Positions 26,487 through 38,997 of a stretch of DNA of 64,000 bases are shown here, piece after piece. Position numbers and translations under genes: made by a program. The stretch's first letter is position 1. The number at the start of each line of letters is the position of its first letter. A model generated the notes under the pieces. The model saw only the letters and a program-made list of their open reading frames with translations. It did no database searches and was not told where the DNA came from. This stretch comes from Eledone cirrhosa. Lineage: Eukaryota. The stretch spans positions 287,184,001 to 287,248,000 of the forward strand of contig OZ024740.1 of assembly GCA_964016885.1 (NCBI GenBank), given 5' to 3'.

Positions 26487-26948
26487 TATCATCATCATCA
26501 TCATTTTACGCCTGCTTTTCCCTGCTTGCAAGGGTGGGATGGATCCTTTTCAGCACAGCATCTCTCCATTTGTCACTGTCCTTCGTGATCTCCTCTGTGA
26601 GCTTCAGTGATCTGAGGTCTGCTCTCATTACCTCTGCTCATGTTTATCGTGGTCTTCCTCTACTGCGTCTTCCTTCCACCGGGATTTCTTGGCACTTCTT
26701 CACCCAGCGGTCATCTTCCATGTGCATCACAGTCTTCTCTCCTGCACACTACAGTTTATCCCTCTTATACACAGTTTCCCTCTCAACTTGTCTATGCTTG
26801 GTCATTCATGCACATTGACATTGCACATCCATCGGAGCATGATTGCTTCATTTCTCTCCAGCCATCGCATATCCTCCGCAGTTGCTGCCCATGTCTCACT
26901 ACCATGCAGCATCGCGCATCTCACACAGGCATATAACCGACCCTTCTC
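26487..26948 (-). mobile_element. RTE 3' fragment (short-3'UTR subfamily)
   Basis: Minus strand encodes EDMRWLERNEAIMLRWMCNV; (CAT)n at left end; closely similar to 29803-30165. Confidence 0.85.
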
Positions 26949-27074
26949 ACAATTTTATATAAGAACTTTTCTTAATTTATTTTACAGACACCGGCTTAAA
27001 AATGAGAACGTTAGTTATATTACTAAATCTCTCCAAATTCATGCTTATTTTCAAACTATTTTGATGTCTTAAAT

Positions 27075-27945
27075 GCTCAGCTATCCATACTCCTCCATCC
27101 TAAAGAGAGGAAGTAAAAGTAGGGAGTGTAGTGAGGTATGTTACTGTTCTAAGATGAAGGAAAAATATTTCAACTCTCCAAACAGCATGTGGGGTATACT
27201 TCAGGTTTTAGACTTTTACTGTGAGGCCAAGAAAGCAGTACCCAGGCCTTTGAAGGCCCTCACAGTCTAGTGAAATCAATGTTGCAGATGACCAGCTTCA
27301 ATATCTTTTTTAAAAAAAACACAGCCAAGGATGGAACTGAATATCTGGTCTGATGGTTCATAACAAAGTGAATTTCACTAAAAGGTACAAGAGAAAAATT
27401 TATTGCACCTTCAGAAAGGAGGTGCAGTAAATCTTTCTCTTCCTGGTAACTATGGTGAAGGAAGTTGTATGGTAGACTTACTAAAAGGTTTGAGGACAAG
27501 AACACTCGTCTCTGGCCAGGCCCTGATCAACTTCTTCAAGTTTTACTTGATGAAGTATGTGAGAGTAGAGAGGGGATGCTACCCTCTAGTCTGTTTTATG
27601 AAAGATGAATGAGATTGACAAAGCTGAACAAGTTTATTCAGACTATACTTTTCTAAATGTAAAGGACACGGGAGATGGCATTTTCAGTGCCTGGGGATTT
27701 GTGTTGGGATTTTCCTTGGAATTCTCCTAAAGTACAGTTCCCTGCTATAGGGGGAACTGGTCTTTGTTGACATTCATTATTGTTTTCTATTATTATATGT
27801 ATTTATTACAATTTCTATTATTGTTATTCCTACTGATTTCTCTTCAGTGATGTCCCCTTTCCTTTACTTAATGTAAACCCCACTCTGTATTGTTTTTGTC
27901 CTTGTATTGTCCCTAATTTCTTGAGCCTTTATAGCCAATAAAAGA
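27075..27945 (+). pseudogene. Probable L1/Tx1-like LINE 3' remnant
   Basis: Decayed frame LKGLRTRTLVSGQALINFFKFYLMKYVRVER followed by a T-rich 3'UTR ending AATAAA (27937-27942); related 3'UTR pieces at about 25420-25560 and 29150-29200. Clade is recalled, not verified. Confidence 0.45.
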
Positions 27946-27946
27946 A

Positions 27947-29780
27947 TGGATTGGCAGTATCAGTAGAGGGTCGGACATCATGTTTTGCAGCATAGAGTTA
28001 CGGCCCCCTACAGTCTGAGTTTAAATCTCACCGAAGTTAACTTTGCTTTTCATCCTTACGGGGTCGATAAAATAAAGCACCAGTAATGCACTGGGATAAT
28101 TACTGGCCTTGTGCCAAAAGTAGAAACAATTATTATTCAACAAGGGCAGTGGATTGGCAGTATCAGTAGAGTATCAGACACCCTGCTTCACGGCATAGAG
28201 TTACATCCTTTCATGTTCTGAGTTCAAATATCACCAAGGTTAACTTTGCCTTTCATCCTTACAGGGTCGATAGAATAAAGTACCAGTAATGCACTGGAGT
28301 CAATTTAACCAACTTTTCTCCTCTCATGAAATTGTTGGCCTTGTGCTTAAATCAGAAACAATTATTATTATTCAACAAGACTAAATATGTTTTTAAAATA
28401 TGAAATATGTTATAGATATTTGATATGTTTACATATACTGAACTGTTTGGTAAATCGAATTTTTTTTTTTTGCTCAGTTCTGACACAGTTTTCAATACTT
28501 AGCACTCTTCTCCAATCAGACATTCTGGCTGGAAGAAGAGATGTTGATGAAAGCTACTACACTCTTCCATAATCTTTCCACTAGACCTATTTAATATATC
28601 TGTTTAACAATTATGTTCCTTGTTTGCTATAACTGCAACTGTCCTGCAATTGGTTGAATCAATAAGGTTGTGTGTGTTATGGTTTGTTCATCGGTCTTGT
28701 TTTAGCTCATCACACACTTACCTCTGTCTTCTTTTCATTTCTTCAGCTAACACTAAGTTGAATCAAACACTTCCGGCACATTGACTTTTCAATATTCTTG
28801 CTTTTAGGAAGCACTATAGTGTAGGTGGTGGTAATTGTGTTGTTTTTATTGCTGTTGTTATGTTAAGGATGGTGCATTGGTAGCACCACTACAGTGTTAG
28901 GCCTCAATGCTTTGTAGTATTTAATTGCGTCCCTTTACATTCTAAGTTCAATCTCTACCATGATTGATTTTTGCCCTTCATCTTTCAATGATTGATAAAA
29001 TAAGTACCAGTTAAAAACATAGATCAATATAATTGGCTTCACTAAAAATTCTTGTATCTATGTCAGAAATTATTATTGCTATCATTATTTCTATTATTAT
29101 TTCTTTTTTTGTCATTTTCTTTGTTATTGTTTTCTTTTTCTTTACACACAGAAATGCCCATTTGTACTGTCCTGTGCTGTCCTTAATGTTAATAAAGAAA
29201 GCATTATTTTTATTATTATTATTATTTTTATCATCATCAGCATGCTTTGCAGTATAGTTATGGCCCTTTACGTTCTGAGTTCAAATCCCACCATCGCTAG
29301 CTTTGCCTTTCATCCTTACAGGGTCAATAAAATAAAGTACCAGTAATCACTGGGGTCGAGTTAATCGACTTTCCCCTCCCCTAAAATTGTTGGCTTTGTG
29401 CCTAAATCAGTAAGCATTATTATAATTGTTATTATATGCTGCAAAGCAGAACGCTGGACACTCTTCTTCGTGACATAGAGCTGTGACCCTTTACGGCCTA
29501 AGTTCAAATCCTGCTGAGGTTAGCTTTGCCTTTCATCCTTACGGGGGTCGATAAAATAAAGTACCAGTCACACACTGGGGTCGATTTAATCGACTTTCCC
29601 CTTCCCCAAAATTGCTGGCTTTGTGCCAATATAAGAAACCATAGAGTTACGTCCCTTTATGGACTGAGTTCAGATCCCACCAAGGTTAACTTTGCCTTTC
29701 ATCCTTACGGGTTCGATAAAATAAAGTACCAGAAATATACTGGGTAATGGCTGGCCTTGTGCCAAAAGTAGAAACAATTA
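27947..29780 (+). mobile_element. Cluster of about six plus-strand SINE copies (27947-28130, 28145-28362, about 28890-29070, 29240-29415, 29470-29640, 29641-29780)
   Basis: Repeated GAGTTCAAATC B-box plus CTTTGCCTTTCATCCTTACGGGGTCGATAAAATAAAGTACCAG core. Confidence 0.88.
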
Positions 29781-29802
29781 TTATTATCATCATCATCATC
29801 AT

Positions 29803-30165
29803 GTTGGATGTGCAATGTTAATGTGTGTGAACAGCCGAGCATGGATGTGTTGAGAAAGAAACTGCGTCTGAGAGGGATAAATTGTAGTGTGCGGGAGAGG
29901 AGACTGCGATGGTATGGACATGTGATGCGCATGGAGGATGACCAATGGGTGAAGAAGTGCCAAGAAATGCCAGTTGAAGGAAGACGTGGTAGAGGAAGAC
30001 CATGAAAAACATGGGCGGAGGTGGTGAGAGCAGACCTCAGATCGCTGAAGCTCACAGTGGAGATGACGAAGGACCGTGACAAGTGGAGAGATGCTGTGCT
30101 GAATAGGACCCATCCCACCCTTGCAAGTAGGGAAAAGCGGACGTAAAATGATAATGATGATGATC
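29803..30165 (+). mobile_element. RTE 3' fragment inserted in a (CAT)n tract
   Basis: WMCNVNV...RERRLRWYGHVMRMEDDQWVKKC...GRGRP; (GAT)n tail at about 30148-30164. Confidence 0.88.
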
Positions 30166-30345
30166 ATCAGCATACCTGGAAAAATGCCTTGTGAAATTTA
30201 GTTATGTCCCTTTATATTGGAAGTTTAAAACAATAGATTAACAAGTACAGTAGGAAATTTTGCTAAATATTTCACAATATTCAGTTCCAACCTCTACAAT
30301 GTCTGTTAATTGTTAATCTTCGATGATATTATCCTTCGATGATAT

Positions 30346-30670
30346 TTAGGCACAAAGCCAACAATTTTAGGGGAGGGGAAAGTCGATTAACTCGACCCCA
30401 GTGATTACTGGTACTTTATTTTATCGACCCCGTAAGGATGAAAGGCAAAGTTAACCTCGGCGGGATTTGAACTCAGATCATAAAGGGACGTAACTCTGTG
30501 CTTCAAAGCATGGTGTCCGACTCTCTACCGATACTGCCAATCCACCCTCAATATAATTGTTTCTACTTTTGGCACAAGGCCAGCAATTACCAGTGCATTA
30601 CTGGTACTTTATTTTATCGACCCCGTAAGGATGAAAGGCAAAGTTAACCTCGGCGGGATTTGAACTCAGA
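30346..30670 (-). mobile_element. Two minus-strand SINE copies (30346-30548, 30554-30670)
   Basis: Reverse complements are near-identical to the plus-strand copies at 29270-29410 and 29665-29780. Confidence 0.9.
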
Positions 30671-31161
30671 ATAACTCAATATAATGGCATTCAATTGCTG
30701 TCAATTATTATACTTATCATATTTATTGTTATTGTCAATCATAAACCATGATTGCCAGTGCTATATTACTTTTTGGTAAGTGATATTAAGAGACAAACTC
30801 ATAACAATTGAATAACTATGAACAAGTTTCAATCCTTGGTTGAAATTCACATCACTTACTTTGCTAATCCTTTTAAGAAAGGTATAATCCTCACACAAGA
30901 ACATTCTACCTCTCTCCCATATATATCAGCAAGATCATCATCATCATCATCATCATTAATGTCCATTTTTCCATGCTTGCATGGGTCGGACAGGTTGTCA
31001 CAGACCAAGTCATTACTTGCCAAAGCTCTTAGATAGGTCAGAAGCCACATCTCATTGACATATGTTCTTGTTTTGGCATGACTGGATGCCAATCACTTTA
31101 CAGAATGCATCTAATAAGAAATTGTTATAACTCATTATTATATTTCTTTGTATTTTTTCAG

Positions 31162-31791
31162 TACATTCAAAGCAAGACAAAGCAAATGAACGCCGAGTCT
31201 CAGATAGCTCTATCAATTCCAGAGACAATGTCTTTGTATGAGCGTCTTAATGCATCATTCAATTCTCTGACTGAAATCCAACTGAACATGCCATTTATAT
31301 TTCCACACCTGTCTTACCTGGATTTGAGCCACAACAATCTATATTTCCTGCCTGATACAATGGGGCTCTTCCTACATTTAGAAACCCTTATTCTCCATCA
31401 CAACTATCTCAAACAAATTCCACACACCATTGTTCAACTTGACAAACTCTCCAAGCTTGACCTTTCCAACAACATGTTGATAATACTACCAAAATCCCTT
31501 GGAGAAATGAAATCGCTGCAAAAATTAAATGTTTCACATAACAAAATCCGAGAATTACCCCTGTCCCTTATGGAGTGCAATTCTTTGCAGTTAGTTTTAG
31601 CTTGTGATAATCTGTTGGAAAATCCACCTCAAAATATTTGTGATCGAGGTTCAAAGCCTATCTTGGACTATTTCAAACAGAAGAAACTTGACAGCAAATC
31701 TAATCAAAAATTACTAAAACCAAATCTAAAATTTCCCAGACAACAGTGGAACCAGTCACCCACCAATGTACCAAATCCAGATTCCCCCCAG
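31162..31791 (+). CDS. LRR gene exon 2: about six typical 23-aa leucine-rich repeats plus C-cap and linker
   Basis: LxxLxLxxNxLxxLPxx repeats (LSYLDLSHNNLYFLP, LETLILHHNYLKQIP, LSKLDLSNNMLIILP, LQKLNVSHNKIRELP) and cap NLLENPPQNICDRGSKPILDYFK. Acceptor TTTTTTCAG, donor CAG|GTAACC. 630 nt, phase 0-0. Confidence 0.92.
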
Positions 31792-31897
31792 GTAACCACT
31801 CATCTTCATCTTTTTTATTTTATATTTTTTTCATTTTTGTATCTCGTTTGCTTTTTATCATTCTTAATTTTACAAAACAAATTTTAGAATACTTATT

Positions 31898-31954
<57 letters not shown>

Positions 31955-32159
31955 ATTTTTAAAAATTAAAATAAAAATCTTCTTGATGTTGTAACTCTAG
32001 TTTTATGTTTCTATTTACCAAACAGACTGTTTGGTAAGTGGAAATGCAAAACTTGAAATAACCATGCCAAGAAGATTTGGGTGTATAATAATAGAAACCT
32101 TTTTAACACATTGAATACTTTCTCTCTTATTTGTAAATTAAAGATTATATATATCTATT

Positions 32160-32745
32160 GTCTTTCCCAAGCTGGGTGCTTATCTCCGTTTCATTGGTAT
32201 TAAGTTACTGAAAGTACAAGATGCTAGTCCATTGCAGGTTTAACAACTAGCTACTGCTGGTACTCATTTTCTGTTGAGTGGGCAGGAGCAACATGAAATG
32301 AAGTGCTTTGCTCAAGAACCACAATGTGCTGCCTGGTCCAAAAATTAAACCCAAAACATTCTGACTGTACATAAGTCCAATACACTAACCACTAGGCTGC
32401 ATGTCTCCTTCATGTATATATATATATAAATGGATATCCACTGATTTCAATGATGAATATTACAGTTATTCAATATGAGCTGAACTACATATTCATTTAA
32501 TTATTGTGCAAGTGGCTGAGTATCCCACAGACACTTGTACCCTTAATGTAATCCTGGCAGAATCAGCTTGATATAGTGTAGAACAAGGCTGAGCCATTGA
32601 ATTATAGGTACAGATCATCTGTCTGCCCAATTTCATTCACACTGTGAGTGTTCACCCAAAGCTATAGTAAAAGATGCCACTCGGTGTGATTGAACTCAGG
32701 ACTTCACTATTGCAAAGCCAGCTTCTTAACCACACAGCCATGCTT
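32160..32745 (-). mobile_element. Two further decayed tRNA-derived SINEs of other families
   Basis: Minus-strand heads GCATGGCTGTGTGGTTAAGAAGC..GAGTTCAATC (about 32745) and GCCTAGTGGTTAGTGT (about 32397); related plus-strand head at about 33535-33660. Confidence 0.55.
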
Positions 32746-33320
32746 GGTGTAGATGAATGGCTTGTGAGAGTTCTTCAAGCACAGAAGTGTCACCAGCAAG
32801 GTGAGCATTAACAGGTGAGTTTGTTCAGCAAGGAATTTAGCATGCTGGTAGGCAGGTGTTCATCTGGGCTCAGTTCTCAGCCCTTTAATGATTATTACAG
32901 CTCTCCAGACATTGACAGAGGTTAATACCAGCAATCTGGGAAGACTCCTGCATGTCAATGGCCTGGTTCCCATGGCTTAATCTGCCAAAGATTTAGAAAA
33001 GCCTAAAACTAAAAGGCCTCAAATTACATACAGCTAAGACAAAGGTTTTAATTAGCAGGAAAGAAGACATGACTTCTCAGCTATCTGGGAACTGGCCATA
33101 CTTGATGTGCAGATAAAATGTGTGTGGAATATAGGCATTGAATGCAAAAGATGTATAAAGGCTGGAAAGAAATAAAGTGGGCATGTTCCACTGGTTATGT
33201 CAGTGTGAGTGAACAATTGAATAAAAATGAGTTAAGAGAATTGGATATAAAAAGAATTGGCTATAATGTGCAAGAGAGGTGACTGTATTGGTACAGATAT
33301 GTGATATGTATGGGTGGGTG
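32746..33320 (+). pseudogene. Highly decayed RTE-X RT fragment
   Basis: GVDEWLVR, GSVLSP and AKTKVLISRK motifs with deletions. Confidence 0.65.
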
Positions 33321-33763
33321 ACAGCTATGGTTACATAATACTCTGTATTGTTTCAGTTCACCCAATTGTCAAGAATAGGACCCAAATCAATATGGTTCAG
33401 CTTAGAAGAGAGTTTATTTTGGTCCACATATGATGGCCACTGTATAACAGCTTATTCTATGCTGACTAATCAAACACATACACACATACAAGTCTTATTT
33501 ATACATGTACGTATATACATATAACCATTTGTTTGTGTGATTGTGATTAAGAAGTTTACTTCATAATCATAAGGTTCTGCATTCGATATCATTGGGTGGT
33601 ACCCTGAGCAAGTATTTCCTACCATAGCTTCAGGTTGATTTAAGTTTTGTGAGCATGATAGGATAAACTGAAACTGTATAAAAGCTCATCAAATGGACTG
33701 TACCTGTGATTCAATTTCTAGTATTATCAAATACTGTATCAATCCGATTTTACAAGGATTGCA

Positions 33764-33992
33764 TTAACCCTTTAGTATTTACATTACTCTATATATACTA
33801 TTGTATTTTTGCAGTAAAAGATTTACCTCACATGATTATCTCACATAATATTGAATCTATGAGATTTTGATATTATTTATTTTGAGAACAATACTTTAAC
33901 ATCAGTATTAGTGGCTAGTTACAGCTGGTTTGAACAAAAAGAGGTGAGTGAATTCTGGCTGGATATGGCTGGTTTAAATGCTAAAGGGTTAA
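33764..33992. mobile_element. Intact TTAA-flanked piggyBac-like MITE (221 bp between TSDs)
   Basis: TTAA|CCCTTTAGTATTTA ... TAAATGCTAAAGGG|TTAA; 14-bp TIR with one mismatch; non-coding. Confidence 0.88.
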
Positions 33993-36402
33993 GGGTACAA
34001 GCGTCTGAAAAATACAAAATGATCTGTACCTGGAATTCAAAGATCCAAACTTGTACGATCTTGCTGACTCTGCCTAAGGATTTTATCAGGATACAAATAG
34101 TCTATGGAATACTAAACAATTATGATTCAATAAGTACAAGTAGGTAGACCTGTTGACTGAACAACTGGAGCACTCATCTATTGAAATTGATATGAAATCC
34201 ATAGAGACATGATCCATGACATTTATATGTAAAGCTAGGGATCTTGTTTAATAGACATGAGGCAGTTTGCTGTACATGTATTCCCTGTTGTGTGTATAAG
34301 GGTACCTTCTATGATACTGTGTATATGTGTATATACGTACATACATACATATGTGTGTGTGTATACTCAAACATACACAATATATATGCATACAGACATC
34401 CAACATAGTATTCTTGTTCTTTAAGGTGTGTATATTCCTAGAATCAGAGCAGTGAAAATTAACAAATTATGAGAAAGATGTCACATTTGATCAGAGGTAT
34501 TGTTATGTAGCTACTTAAATATTCATACATCCAACCCCTGAAATTTTTATTTTCTCTCATAACCCTTCAAGCATTTGATTTTTATTTGTGTATTTATTTA
34601 GTTTTTGCTATCACAGCAGCCTTTGTTCTTCTGAACTGCTCCCTCTAAACCCATTTTATGCTACTGCTTCTTCCACTGTTTTCATCACATACTACTTTGT
34701 CCAATCCTTCCTCCCTTTCAATTTCTTTCCAATAGAACTCTTTTTTTTGTTGTTTATGTTTTTTTTCTCTAGCCATCAGCCTACATGAGTTCATATCAAA
34801 TAATAACCCAACCAACCTTATCCTGTTAACTTTAATCATTAGTCCAGAAAGGGCCTGTAATAGTATTTGAATTTTCACCTTTTTCTACTGAGAAGCTGAT
34901 AACAGACACATAGAATTAGTAGATGTACCATTAAAGCCATCATCATTACGCCTGCTCAGTTTTCATATAGTATTTATCTTTCTTCAATGGCTTCTTCTCT
35001 TTACAATGTTTTTGTGAACTCTAGTGAAGGTGTATATCTTTCCTCAGGTTCCTTTTTTCTTCTGCCTTGCCTATTTTTGTTTAACTCCTATTTTTAACAA
35101 CTCAATATTACAAACATTTTATCTCAGCCTAGACTGTATTCAACCACAATCCCTACCCTTTGTTGTTTTGCCCTGAGTAGGCTTTAATCACACAAGACTT
35201 GTAATTAAAAGCATTTTAGCTGAAAACGTCCCATTTATATTTTTCAAAGTGTATATATCATAGGACTAGATTATCCAATTTACTTTTCTTTTTTGAGATA
35301 GTAGGGTATAATTTGAGGAAAATTTGACTGATGTTTCTTGCAGATGTTCCCATGTTGGTTCGACACAAGCTTCACTTATTTTAGTTTGTACTTCATCTAC
35401 TTATATATTTGTTCTTCTGCAATCATCAGTAATTTGTCTCTACAATTTTCTTTACCAACTTCTGCACATGCCACTATCAACCATTGAAAGTTTGTGTCCC
35501 AATATTTTCCAAGCCACTGGTCTAAATTGACCCAATTAGTCTAAAAATGATAGTTATATCACCTAAATATTGTTTATAAGGTATTGAAATTTCTTCAAAG
35601 TGTAATCCATTGTCTTGTCCAGGATATATAACTTCTACTTGTCTAAATGTTATCATAAGATGTATAACAGCTGCATATATATGCTTCTGGTAGGAGGATG
35701 TATATTATATATATATGAGCATTGAATTGGCAGATTCCTTAGAATGTCAGATAGAATAGTTTGCAGTATTCGTTTTAGCTCTCTGAATTCTCTGAGTTCA
35801 AATCCCACCCAGTTCATCTCAGCCTTTGAAGTCAATAAAAAAGGTGTATCAGTCTGATACTGGGTTCATTTCTTCTATATCTCTTTCTCACTTCACCTAT
35901 CTCAATCTCACTTTCCTTCTCAGGAAGAAAACAACTATGTTCAAACCTGGAGTGTGGATGGTTTCCACGAGGCTGCAAGTCCACTAGGAGTTACAAGTCC
36001 ATAATACATATATACATACATTATCATCATCATCATCATCATTTAATATCCACTTCCCTTGCTAGCAAGGGTTGAACAGTTCTTCACAGACTGAGTCAGT
36101 ACTGAAGTAGGTTCTGACCTTCCAGACAGGCTGCGAGTTTGCATCTCACTTACATTAGGTCCCACACTCTACTGAGTGTATTTTATTGGGGCACTAGCTC
36201 TAGAGAGGTTGTCATGTTTTTGACACAACTGAAGGAGCCTCCCAACCCTTTGTTTGGTAAGCTTTCTGCAGCTACACACAGAAATTATGTACATATGTGT
36301 GTATATATGCATATAGATATTTTCTGTTTAATGCTACAGCTTTCAATTGAATTAAAGTAACAGAAACTTGAAGAAGAAAACGCAATTCTCATTTAATTTC
36401 AG

Positions 36403-36523
36403 ATGAAATACATTCAAATGCAGACTCATACAACATACGTTCCAAGCCGGTTGAAAACACCTCTCCATTTTCCACCAAATTCCTCCAGACTGGATGCTCA
36501 TGCGTTGAGTGATAAAATCTCAG
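36403..36523 (+). CDS. Probable LRR gene exon 3 (linker leading into the next domain)
   Basis: MKYIQMQTHTTYVPSRLKTPLHFPPNSSRLDAHALSDKIS+G. Acceptor TTTAATTTCAG in phase 0, donor CAG|GTAGAC, 121 nt, stop-free in the required frame, non-repetitive. Confidence 0.7.
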
Positions 36524-36924
36524 GTAGACAACTTTCTTAATGTTGGTGCTAATATAATGGTTTTCATGTGATGCTGTGAAGGTAATACCTTTAAAACTCT
36601 CTACTTATTTTGGTGACAACACAGATGGTTTCAAGTGGATCAGATATGAAATAAGACTGATAATTTAGTGGTTTGTATCCTCTCATTACTCACTGTGTAA
36701 GTACTACACAGTGATTATAATTCACTACTGTAAGCAGTGATGGTAGCCTTGTAAATTTGACAAGTCGCTTGGTAGCATGAAAGCAGAATTCTCCTCCTAT
36801 GAAGGCTTCACCAAGTTGATTTTCTCTAGATCTGTTACGGTTACATGAATATTGTGTCTTCATTACATTAGGGACACACTGTTTCATTTTTAACCGAGGA
36901 ATGTCTATGAATGGCAAATTCTTT

Positions 36925-37665
36925 GCTTTCAAAGATCAGTGGGAAGAATTGTTGTCCTGTCCATGCGGTGGTACACCCTGAGGTGACTGTAGAGGCCAAT
37001 CCTGAACCTGCAGGCTCTGGTACAGTTCGGACAAGTGCGTACTTGGTCAGTTGGTAGTTGAATGGTGGGCAGTTTTCTTCTTTGATGTTTGTCTTCAGCT
37101 GCCGTCTCCTGCCCTCCGCAAAGCTGGCTGCAGCTGTTTTGATGGTTGCTCTCCATTTCTCTGTCTTCTGCCAGGTGTTCCCATTCCTGTGATCAATATT
37201 GCCTTGGCACTTGAGTTAGTCCTTGAAGTGTTTTTTGGGGGGCCCCTTGGTTTCGCTTGCCTTGACATAGTTCACTGTACAAAACTGCCTTTGGCATCCT
37301 ACAGCCATTAGTGTGGAAGACATGACCTGCTTGGCGGAGCTGTCTCAGCATCAGCATGCTCTCAATGCTTGTGATATCGGCCCTCTTGAGAACTTCCTCG
37401 TTTGTTACATAGTCCCGTCAACAGATGCCCATGATGGAGCGAAGGCATCACTGATTTAATCTTTCCAGTGGCTTGATCTGCTTCCGGTACAGGACCCAGC
37501 TTTCAGCTCTGTAGTTGGAGGGTTGTGATGACAAGAGCTCTGTAGACTATGATCTTTGTGGTGAGGCATAGAGAGTGGTTCTGCTATACACGTTTCTGTA
37601 AGCGACCGAATGAGCTGCTGGCCTTGGCAATCTGGTTGTCAATGTCCTTTTCTGAAGTAGCGTCT
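36925..37665 (-). pseudogene. RTE-1/BovB-like LINE 3' fragment with terminal zinc knuckle
   Basis: KDIDNQIAKASSSFGRLQKRV, LRQLRQAGHV, CPNCTRACRFRIGLYSHLRVYH. Confidence 0.82.
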
Positions 37666-37799
37666 GTAACTCTATAATTATACAAAAATGTTCACCAATA
37701 ATAGTGTATATGTGTAGTGGCCAACTGTAACAGCTTAAACTAGTTGAAAAAAAAATGTCTTTGTTCTACTTCTCTGACATGTAGAACCTCTGATGGATT

Positions 37800-38115
37800 T
37801 TGCCTCATTGTCCCAGCAAACAAAACTGAAAAGCATTACCCCAGAGGATACCAAGGGAGATACACTGAACTCATGGGGGGTCAGTTTTGTGGGTGATTAA
37901 CTCCATCCTAATAGTAGTGATTAAAAAGATGGTTCAGAGATCCAAGACACCAGAAGTTTCCACTGCTATAGGTTCAGTGATAAACTTGTTGGAAAGTGGC
38001 CAGTACTTTAACAGTTTTATTTTGGTATTTGAATCATATTGAGATTTCATGTTACTATAAGTTATCACATTATATACTTTAACATAGCTTGAGGTTGTAT
38101 CTCCAAAAGAGTGAG
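37800..38115 (-). pseudogene. CRE-like RLE non-LTR retrotransposon remnant
   Basis: DTTSSY...KLLKYWPLSNKFITEPIAVETSGV resembles the K..KY..L....F.P.AVET.G endonuclease motif. Confidence 0.5.
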
Positions 38116-38997
38116 CTAGCTCGATAAATAAGATATTGGATTCTTGGCTCATGGGTTATGATTTTTGACTCATTACAAGCATTTTGTTGTGACTTGAGAA
38201 AGGACTTAATTATTTAGATGTATCTTCTGTTATTTACTTTAACAATGTGAAAACAAAGCTAGGCATTGTTCTTATGTAGTCCTTGGAACTTTGGGATAAA
38301 AAAGTGATATAGAACAACAACAAAAATAGATTGCTGTCTATTGTGTTTGAGTTCAAATCCCAATGAATCTAGCTTATTTTTCAAATCCCAATGAAGCTAG
38401 CTTATTTTTTATCCCTTCAAATTTGATCAAATAAATCCCAGCTCTATGACAGTATAATGTTAGGATAGAAGTGGTTTCTATTTAAAAAAAAATGAAAAAC
38501 ATATTTGATTATGTAGTTCAACTCACACTATGTCAGAAAATAGAGTTGTTACAGCTAAAACACCTTTTCTCATAGTTCTGCTGGTTTAGAGTTGACCAAT
38601 TGGAGAATCACTATAGTCACTTGATTGCTATAAATAGCAGCCAAACCTTCAAATCACACTCAACTTCCTTAAAAATAAAAGCACACATTGATAATGTAAG
38701 TTTAGAAATATTATGTTTGAATATAAAGAGAAGTGATTATGACTGGAACACCTTTAATCATAGGTTTGCCTGAATATGGCTGATTTAGGGTTAAAATATC
38801 TCATATGAAATCTTCATCAATTCATCAAGTTTTTCTTATATATCCTCAAGCATGTCAGCTGAAAATATTATATCAACAAATATGCGAACAGTGTCAGCAG
38901 ATGTCATATTAGTATTGAATATGAACATATTAGCTAGTGAGTATATGTGGGAACCTCTGCAAATTATGTCTAGACATAATGCCAGCAGTTATATCGT

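Noticed and set aside
31078-31887. Single-exon 269-aa LRR protein with hydrophobic ends
   Set aside because: The N- and C-terminal F-rich stretches are intronic pyrimidine tracts outside clear splice sites at 31162 and 31791.
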